In this document: in pieces, positions 56,263 to 64,000 of the stretch
Layout: each line of letters opens with the position of its first letter
How positions within the stretch are numbered: the stretch's first letter is position 1
NCBI GenBank assembly: GCA_963737155.1
Contig: CAVTRN010000001.1
Coordinates: 1,120,001-1,184,000 of the forward strand
Length of the DNA: 64,000 nt
Source of the DNA: Nitrospirota bacterium
GTDB lineage: Bacteria > Nitrospirota > UBA9217
Direction of reading: 5' to 3'
The notes under the pieces: model-generated
Database searches by the model: none
What the model saw: the letters and a program-made list of their open reading frames with translations, nothing else
What the model was told of the DNA's origin: nothing
Translations under genes and position numbers: made by a program

Positions 56263-56338
56263 GCGGGCGTAGCTCAGCTGGTAGAGTACAAGCTTCCCAA
56301 GCTTGGGGTCGCGGGTTCGAAACCCGTCGCCCGCTCCA
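56263..56338 (+). tRNA. tRNA-Gly(CCC)
   Basis: GCGGGCGTAGCTCAG, anticodon arm CAAGC-TTCCCAA-GCTTG, encoded CCA. Confidence 0.97.
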
Positions 56339-56379
56339 TTTTATCCCATGTATTCAAAGAGTTATTTGTATAAACCCCA

Positions 56380-56570
56380 ATTTTTTGCACTTCTTGTGCA
56401 CCACCAATAACAGTACGTAACATCTGAAAATTCAGAATTGCGCACTTCTTTGTTATTTCGGTGCTGCTATGGCCAAGGGCTTTTGATATTACATCCAAGT
56501 TAACCCGCCTATTAATCGCCTGTGACGCAATCGAGTGCCCTGTGGCGTTGTACAAGCTAATATAAGGTGT
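56380..56570 (-). pseudogene. Tyrosine integrase C-terminal relic
   Basis: LYNATGHSIASQAIN...ISKALGHSSTEITKKCA, a box II pattern with the catalytic Arg read as Gly and Tyr as Cys; abuts the tRNA 3' end. Confidence 0.8.
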
Positions 56571-56826
56571 CAGCTTTTTGCATGCCCTATGTGTGCTCTA
56601 TGCATGTTTTCCGCATTCCACCGGCCGTATATGGCTTTCCTATTTCAGCGGGTCTATCTGTCAAGAAACAAAGAGACGGTTGTTTTATTTTATTAAATAT
56701 CAAAGAGTTAAGTGCTTTTTGCTGTCACCAACCTGTCATCAGGCGAAGCCACGATGAAAAGCTATGATGACTTCAAACGGGAACTCGCGGAAATTGACGA
56801 AAATCTCGTTCTGAGCTATTCCTTAA

Positions 56827-58808
56827 CCTATCTTCCGCAGTTGTCAAACCAAAGTTTTTATTATTCAAGAAGATAGCTCTCTCAAATGGCCAAATTCTGC
56901 ACTACATTTTGAACTATCTTCGGTCTGTTCGGAAGCGGCAGCTTGAGTCTCTGCAGGAGCGGTTGCAACTCCTTCGGTGCCTTGCTCACCACGCGTAGTC
57001 TAATCGTGGTGTCGCGCGTCGGCAGCAAGACATCAAGTGATTGTACTCTGCACAGTTGTTCGAGCAGTTTTCGGGGTGCAGTGCCGATGCCAGAGCAGGA
57101 CATCCAGTGTGACAGCATCCGCCACATCGCGAGCGCGAGAAAGCATACAAGGATATGCGCCTGTGTACGATCTTTCTTTTGATGGAAGATCGGGCGCATT
57201 CCGAGATCACTCTTGGTGATTCGGAACGCATCCTCCACCTGCGTAAGCTCGATATAGGTCTTCCAAAGCTCTTGAGGATCCTTTTCCGGCCAGTTCGTGC
57301 GCAGGAGGTAGCTGCCACTCGTTGCGAGCGCCCAGTGGTATCGTTCTTCATTTTTTTTGACGTTGATGGCCAGGCGCCCGGCTTTGCCGCTCCCCGTCTC
57401 GGTGACCGTAACCTCGTATAGTGACGCGGCGCGACTATTACGTTCCAGGAGTCTGCCGATTCGAAGCAACGCCTTCTGCTTGTCCCGAAGTTTGCCGGCA
57501 CCGGCTTGCTTCTGCATTTTGGCGAGGCCGTCCTCCAATCGGGTGATAAACCGGTTCAGGATGGCCTGCTCCTTCTCCTTACGTCCCTTTGAACGACAAA
57601 GAAGGAATGTTTCTTCACCGCTGTCTGGATGAGGGCAGAGCTTGATCTCCACATCGGGCCGTACCACATGCCAGTTCTCCTCCAGCAGCTCGCGTTCGAA
57701 CTTTTTAAGCATGGACCTGGGCGTGCCGACCAAGTATCTTGCTCCTCGTGCGCGCATGAATTCAAGATTTTCTTCGCTCACCATGCCCCGGTCCATGACC
57801 CATATCCGTTCGGCTTTGCCGTATTTTTTCTCCATCAGCTCGATCATCTCTTCCACGGTGGTCACATCGGTCCGGTTTCCGTCAAAGACCTCGAAGGCCA
57901 AAGGCAGTCCTTCTTTACTCGCTACAAGCCCGATCGTTACCTGTACGCAATCAGGCCGACCATCTCGGCTGTATCCGCGCTTTGCTTGCGGGTTTCCCTT
58001 CATGGCTCCTTCAAAATATGTTGAGGTGATGTCGTAGAAGAGGAAGTCGAACCGGCTTCCGAAGAGCTCTCCGTACCGCTGCTGCAAATGCCTGCACAAG
58101 GCTTCCTTGTGTGGCAGCAGTTCATCGAGCGCGCGGTATAGTCGGTCATCGTTGACCTTCTCCCGAGGCACCCCCAAAATATCATCGAGCGCCGTTGTAC
58201 CGTACCAGAAGTCGGCGATTTGAAGTTCCGACGATGGCGCGCAAAAACGGGCCAGAACTAGGATGGAGGCCATGATCGACCACGGGATTTCTTCCTTGCC
58301 GGACTTTATATGCTCCGCGCAAAACTCCGAAAGCCGAAGCCGCTTCCACAATGCAAGGCCGAGATACACATCACCGAAACTACGAAGGCGCTCAACCTGT
58401 ACTCCGCTGATATTAACTGTTGCCCATGATGGAACATCGTTGTCTTCTTCAAACAGCGATAATGATGGCGCGGGGGCCGTCCAGTATTCTCCCAATGGCT
58501 TCCCATCTGATCCGTTCTTCACGATCCAGACCGGGGAGCTTGCCGATGGTGGCGACAATTCGTTGTCGCGGGCCTTTGGCAGTGCGTTCGCTTTCTACGA
58601 GCGTCCAGGTCTCGTAGTCAACGCCTCCGCTCTTTTTGCGATGTCGCCGCAGATACATGCTGTCATTATGCCAAGGTGAATTCTGCTGCGCAAGAGGGTT
58701 TTCTGCACTACACACGGTTTTCAAAGATCTGATGCTGAAAAATCAAAGAGATGATTGCACAAAACAACTTAAAATCGCTATAAAAACGACGCATCTGCGG
58801 AAGATGGG
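56827..58808 (-). mobile_element. IS1634-family insertion sequence, copy 2
   Basis: Terminal IRs CCTATCTTCCGCAG (56827) / CTGCGGAAGATGGG (ending 58808); TTAA duplicated at 56823-56826 and 58809-58812. Confidence 0.95.
56882..58658 (-). pseudogene. IS1634 transposase with one frameshift
   Basis: ATG 58658 MYLRRHRKK...GRILDG, then a frame change at a C5 run (58476-58472) into PAPSLSLF...; otherwise colinear with copy 1. Confidence 0.9.
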
Positions 58809-59222
58809 TTAACTTCTGGGATGATGTCACGAGCTAGCTGCCGACGCTAATTGAAGTGTCCTCCGAGCAATTCCGATTTCGGCGGCTATCATGCCATTGG
58901 TTCGCTGTCATTGGTTCGTAAGGGTGCGCTTTCCGCATGCTTCTTATTCCGCCAGGCTTTAGCTCTGAGGTTCATAGCAGACAAAATTTCATTTCACTGA
59001 AGAATCTGTTCACCCTGCTCCAAGATTGATAATTCTGCACGGAGGTACACGTTATGCCATAGTTCACATGGACTGATACAATTGTCGAGAGAGCCTAAGC
59101 ATATTCAGGAGTCAGCAGTAATAAAAATCCTGAAGAAAAAAGCAAATGGAACTTCAAATGAGTCAAATGTTGTTTCCGGTGAGTCTGTCGGGATGTAGAA
59201 GATAAAGCATGGTGGGGAATAT

Positions 59223-59441
59223 TTAATTGATTAGATTCAAATCATCTATGACTTCATCAGAGGTTTTGTGGTGAACAGTAGCTACGATACATTTTGCTTC
59301 GTAGTCACTTAGAAGAGATTCTGTTTGCATAAATTCTTTTATAAAATGCAATGATTCCGAATAAGATTTTAAACAGATTCTTTTAATCAATATGTTGGCA
59401 ATTAATGATTTGTCTTTTTCATTAAAACTTTCCGTATCCAT
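59223..59441 (-). CDS. Small hypothetical protein (72 aa)
   Basis: SD AAGGAGGTG before ATG 59441; AT-rich; no recognisable motif. Confidence 0.5.
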   Translation of the reverse strand: MDTESFNEKDKSLIANILIKRICLKSYSESLHFIKEFMQTESLLSDYEAKCIVATVHHKTSDEVIDDLNLIN

Positions 59442-59795
59442 TTTAGACACCTCCTTCTATCCGCTGTAGAGGCTCAAAATGGAATTAAGACACATAAATC
59501 TCCTTTTGTCAAATGTGTCATAAATCCCAATTTAGTCAACACTTGCGTCATAATACACATTATATTCATTCCACTTTGTATCTTGGTATGGAAAAAAATG
59601 TTTACAATCATGTGTTTCAGCAAATGTACGCACATCCCGCCATTATGAAAACAAACCAATTGTGATTATGACCTGTTTCGTATCTCTGTCTCCTTATTCT
59701 CAATAATTTAATCCGAGTTTTCTTAATTTAAAAAACCACCTTACGATTACAATAGGTGGTTCTGTTTTTTTTACAATTCAGCAGTTGAAATCCAA

Positions 59796-60047
59796 TCAAT
59801 TCAAATCGAGAAACTTACCACCTCTAATTTTGTCAATAGGTTCATTAAATGCACCAGAGGGATATTCAGATATTGTAAGACCATATGTTATGTCATTGCC
59901 ACATTTACATTTGAATTCGTCTTTTGCGAAATGCATGGTTTCTTTGCCCATACCCCTATCGTGGGATTCAACTTCTACAAAGGTTAGTTTAACGCTGATT
60001 CTATTCCTGCACTTTGCACATTCAATAGTCGCTGATGTTGGTAACAA
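59796..60047 (-). CDS. Small putative zinc-binding protein
   Basis: CAKC...CKCG with RGMGKE and EYPSG segments; TTG start uncertain. Confidence 0.55.
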   Translation of the reverse strand: MLPTSATIECAKCRNRISVKLTFVEVESHDRGMGKETMHFAKDEFKCKCGNDITYGLTISEYPSGAFNEPIDKIRGGKFLDLN

Positions 60048-60137
60048 TGATTAAATATCCTCTCACTTTACTTAGAATGATGGAGCTTACAATAGTTCCG
60101 TCACTAATGCAATTTTAATCTTTGGTGAAATTGGGAG

Positions 60138-60448
60138 CTACCCCCCTTTGTTGTGCCACTTGCAATTAGAGGTTTTTGACAACTCTTGCAGCTTGAATTC
60201 AGCCGGCGTCAGGTCGCCCAGAGAGCTATGCAGCCGAGTCTGATTGTAATCAACGCGCCAGTCCTCGATGATTTTCCTGGTCTGATCGAGGCTCATGAAC
60301 CGGTTCTCGTTCAGACATTCATCCCGGAACCTGCCGTTAAAGCTCTCCATGTAGCAATTATCAACCGGCTTACCCGGGCGTATGAACTGAAGCTTGATCC
60401 CGCGTTCATACGCCCAGACATCTAGCGCGTTGCTGATGAACTCCGGGC
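60138..60448 (-). pseudogene. IS3-family transposase (integrase core) 3' remnant
   Basis: PEFISNALD, PGKPVDN, ESFNGRFRDECLNE, WRVDYNQTRLHSSLG; 5' part absent. Confidence 0.9.
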
Positions 60449-61059
60449 TTTATTTGTTCATCTATCCTAGGGTTATTTTTTATTACGTGCAAGTAGACTG
60501 TAAAAGCTGGGTGAATTTAACCTCCCCACTCTTACGATATACCTGAATCCCTGAATCTTGTATAATCACCACAGCATGAAACCCATCCATCCATACACAG
60601 AGCCATTCGGGATGTGACGAATTTCCTGCAGGGATACGGTATCAGTACCCCGTTATCCGTCGCTCCTTATTTACTAAGATCGAACTTTCCGCCTCCTTTG
60701 TTAGCGACGGTGATTTCGTGGACGATTTTAGCGGTTGTTTCCTCTTGTTGGAATCAGGCTTTCGATGTTTTTGACCTTACTTTAAAAGCTGGTTTTGTCC
60801 TTTTCTTGTGAATTTATGCTATATTTCCATCACATCCATCTTGGAGGTTATATCGAGGAACACGTCTACTTAGCTTCAGATCCGCGGCAGCCTTGGAAAT
60901 CAGCATAATAGAGATCGTGGCCGCAGGGAACGTACTCACAATTCAAGTACGCCTTTTTCTGAATTTCAGCGGCAACATCATCGTCAGAATCGCCCCCGTT
61001 CCGGTCGTCGCCTACGTTTTTCTGGAGTAATGGGGATTTACGTTGAACAGGAGGTTACT

Positions 61060-61365
61060 ATGAAGTGGTATCATTATATTGCCTGTTTTTTCGCAGGTGC
61101 GTTATTAGCCAATACGGTTCCTCATTTTGTGCAGGGCATTTCCGGTAATAGTTTTCCAACCCCTTTTGCTAATCCACCGGGCAAGGGATTGTCATCGCCA
61201 ACAATCAATGTTCTGTGGGCATTATTCAATTTGGTAGCCGGATATGTCTTATTCAGAACGGGCAGGGTTTCTTCAGCAAACAAGTGGAGTCTTCTTGTCT
61301 TTTTTGCAGGCATTGCCTACATGAGCATAACGTTAAGCATCGTATTTGTGGGTAGAGTTCATTAG
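61060..61365 (+). CDS. Hypothetical membrane protein
   Basis: SD GGAGG; about three TM segments; NxxPHFVQG..FPTPFANPPGKG. Confidence 0.8.
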   Translation: MKWYHYIACFFAGALLANTVPHFVQGISGNSFPTPFANPPGKGLSSPTINVLWALFNLVAGYVLFRTGRVSSANKWSLLVFFAGIAYMSITLSIVFVGRVH

Positions 61366-61654
61366 GGCTTGAAAAACTACTCCTGACCGATTCTCAGGGG
61401 AGTTAGTTCGATGCCGTTGCCATTCAGCATTTCAAGAGATTGTTCAGGAATCTTATCTATACGGGATTAACCAGAGAGCCAAGCAGCTACACTTTTTTGT
61501 CGGCAGCAGGAAGGCGCTGTCAATGGCGGTGAAGCAGATTGATAATCGGAAGAGGCAGACGGCATTGAGTTATTATATTTGATTATGGATTAAAGGAAGG
61601 GTGTATCCATTAGGGATGCCATTTCAATCCCTTCCTAATAAATGATGAGGGTAT

Positions 61655-62206
61655 ATGCCTGAAAAGAAGAATCGAATTATTGTAGATATTGATAACACCC
61701 TTTGGGATTTTGCATCTGCTCTATGGAAAAAGATTGCTCATTATGGTGTACCACAGCCATCAGAGTGGCAAGGGGATTTTTATAAACGATATTTTTCACT
61801 TGAACAACTCCTGAGCTATGTGGATAAGGTTCATGATGAGCAGGATGAAAGATACCCGCCTTTTCCTGATGCCGTTAATTTTCTATCTTGTCTGAGAAAA
61901 AAAGGTTGCCACATTACGATTGCTAGCCTTCGGAATCCTAATAAGAAGAATGTTACTGAAAAATGGTTGAAGACCCATCGGCTTGTTTATGATGAACTCT
62001 ATCTTGTTCCCGATAAGTCAGTATTATTCGATGACCATCATGCCATTGTAGATGATGACTTACGAACACTGGATAAGGCGGTTAATAAGGGATTGATTGC
62101 CACAGGGCTAAAATTTGCTTGGAATAAGAATTCGAACCACACGTTGTTTTCAGGGTTGACGGATGTTTTTGGGTATCTCAATAAAACTGATTGTTGCAGG
62201 GATTAA
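61655..62206 (+). CDS. HAD-superfamily 5'(3')-deoxyribonucleotidase-like protein
   Basis: Motif I IIVDIDNTL, TEKWL, DK, and motif IV IVDDD. Confidence 0.8.
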   Translation: MPEKKNRIIVDIDNTLWDFASALWKKIAHYGVPQPSEWQGDFYKRYFSLEQLLSYVDKVHDEQDERYPPFPDAVNFLSCLRKKGCHITIASLRNPNKKNVTEKWLKTHRLVYDELYLVPDKSVLFDDHHAIVDDDLRTLDKAVNKGLIATGLKFAWNKNSNHTLFSGLTDVFGYLNKTDCCRD

Positions 62207-62225
62207 AGGTAAAGGAGAATTGCCC

Positions 62226-62552
62226 ATGGTCCTATTGATAAAATGGCTGGTATATTCAGGCATCATCTATTTGACATGCTGGTTGTTGCCGGGAATTAAA
62301 GTTACGGATTTTAGGGTTGCGGTTATAGTTGCAGCTGTATTAGGGATAATCAACGTGATTGTTAAACCAATTTTGATATTACTTACGTTACCTATTACGA
62401 TTTTAACTTTAGGGCTTTTTTTGCTCGTCATAAATGCGCTGATGCTAATACTTGTATCCCATTGTGTTAGCGGATTCGTGGTTGTAAGTTTTGGATGGGC
62501 CGTGCTGGGGGCTTTGATTATTTCTATCTTGTACCACTTGATATTTTGGTAA
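62226..62552 (+). CDS. YvlD-like 4-TM phage holin family membrane protein
   Basis: LGIINVIVKPILILLTLPITILTLGLFLLVINALML; SD AAAGGAG. Confidence 0.88.
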   Translation: MVLLIKWLVYSGIIYLTCWLLPGIKVTDFRVAVIVAAVLGIINVIVKPILILLTLPITILTLGLFLLVINALMLILVSHCVSGFVVVSFGWAVLGALIISILYHLIFW

Positions 62553-62557
62553 TAAAG

Positions 62558-63050
62558 TTTATTATTCTCCATTGCACCCAAAAACTCATAAAAGAACTCG
62601 GAAGCCCACCCCTTCGGAATACTGGCGTGCAAATCACGGGTCGCGGTAACTGGTACGCCAACCTACTTACGATTAATCGGAGAAAATGCATCCTTTTCAC
62701 CAACGAGAAGACTTTGTAATCCTTCCTTATACCTAAGGTTAAGAAAGAGAACCTAAAGAACATTGTTGATGACTTTCTGTTCAATATGAACTTGAAATTA
62801 CAGGCAGAGGGATTCCCTATTGAGGTACTAAGCAAGGTCATGAAGGAGTACACGGATAGCGGTTTTGCCAAAACCCCTAGCAAGCCTGTTCTGGGTTCTA
62901 TGAATGAATTCACCTTTCGGTATAAATCCCATATGATTGAGCGTTATGGTGGCATTGAGAACATCAAGATTCTTGGAGTCAACAAGGATATTAACAAACC
63001 ATCATGGGGGGAATAAATTATCTACGTCCGATAGAGAGCTTTTACTCAGG
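62558..63050 (+). pseudogene. DUF6933-like protein pseudogene
   Basis: ILHCTQKLIKEL..GNWYANL..RRKCILFTNEKTL*SFLIP...AKT.SKPVLGSMNEF; in-frame TAA at 62717-62719 and no start codon. Confidence 0.6.
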
Positions 63051-63658
63051 GGAGAAATTACCAGAGGACATATCGGGGGTGTAGTCTATGTATTTTTACG
63101 AAACGGCTGACTGATTTAAAAATGTTGATAATTTTCACCTACTTATGAAGTCAGGAATGAATCATTAATATTTTTCTAACTTATTGTTATGATAATATTA
63201 ATATTGCCTAAATAATGTGCAAGTTACGTTCTGGTTAAGAATAAGAGCCAAATACTTATAATTTTGACACTCTTTTGCACAGGTTGTCCACATGGTTTGT
63301 TTGTAGAACATATAAGCCATTATTTTTTCAAAGTCCTAACCCCGTATGAGCAATTTATTTTGAATGGTACTTTTTTATTTACTCAAGTTTTGCGGGTGCA
63401 AATTTGTAAACCGGTGAGGTTTTGAAATGGCATGGCAGTATTATGTGACTGAGCTTAGGAATAAGTAGAGGGAGATGCATCTTGCGAGGAATTTACTTTA
63501 TTCGGGTGCCAAGGATATGGTCAAGAAATTAGGGAAACAGTGAAGTCGATGAAATAGAATCACGATTTCCTCGGCTACTTCCCATGAAGAATACATTATG
63601 CTATACTACGCTGAATTGGTAAATTCCTGCGGGCATCTAATAATATATGGGGGCTAAG

Positions 63659-64000
63659 ATGATGATTAAGAAAAGTAAAGACATTTCAAAAAAGAAACCT
63701 ATTAAGGCTGGAAAGGTTCAAGGCATGAGCAAGGTTGCTGCAAAAAAGAAAGTAATTAAGACTGAAAAAGTTCAAAATGCTAAAAACATTGTTAATGAGA
63801 TAGAAATGGATTCTGAAGCAAGGATGCTGCAAGATGTCATAGTCATGGCAGAAAATGTGGGGCTTGACGTAGTGAACGTGATTAAAACAGCGCTTATAAG
63901 GGCAATCCAGAGAGCCGAGGGGAGTAATGAATGCTATATGTCTGAGGAAGCACTAAGCTGCGGTCAGGTGAATTGCCTTTGGCGTCAAGACTGTGCTCCA
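63659..64000 (+). CDS. SAP-like/Cys-motif small protein with Lys-rich N-terminus (runs off the window)
   Basis: Open frame not in the ORF track: MMIKKSKDISKKKPIK...KTALIRAIQRAEGSNECY...CGQVNCLWRQDC. Confidence 0.75.
   Translation, partial: MMIKKSKDISKKKPIKAGKVQGMSKVAAKKKVIKTEKVQNAKNIVNEIEMDSEARMLQDVIVMAENVGLDVVNVIKTALIRAIQRAEGSNECYMSEEALSCGQVNCLWRQDCAP

Noticed and set aside
58813-64000. CRISPR array or integron cassette array in the accessory region
   Set aside because: No regularly spaced direct repeats and no convincing attC structures were seen.

Overview
Mostly core chromosome of an anaerobic or microaerophilic Gram-negative bacterium. The 16S 515F-downstream signature GTAAGACAGAGGTGGC and the gene content suggest Nitrospirota or a Desulfobacterota-like lineage (tentative). 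In order: 3' end of tyrS; a complete rrn operon (16S, tRNA-Ile, tRNA-Ala, 23S, 5S); an intact IS1634-family element; a SAMHD1-like HD hydrolase; transketolase; a 13-gene E. coli-type complex I operon (nuoA, B, CD, E-N, minus strand) interrupted by a 355-bp MITE and short repeat scars; a dead IS607; ihfA-merR-tRNA-Pro; a REC-PAS-GGDEF cyclase; surE-pcm; DUF190-crcB; nfuA; rnfCDGEAB; gcvH; lpdA; a beta-barrel protein; a second disulfide reductase; degP; addAB; ferredoxin-trxA-tlpA; tRNA-Gly. The window ends in a decayed tRNA-Gly-anchored island with an integrase relic, a frameshifted IS1634, an IS3 relic and several pseudogenes. No CRISPR array, retron, DGR or clear defence system was seen, and I cannot claim a definite new system. 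The best leads are the MITE and repeat scars in the nuo operon, IS1634 elements with 4-bp YTAR duplications, several apparently leaderless genes including nuoA, two TnpB-element end relics, and the Rnf-GcvH-Lpd cluster. All family assignments come from motif recognition, not database searches.
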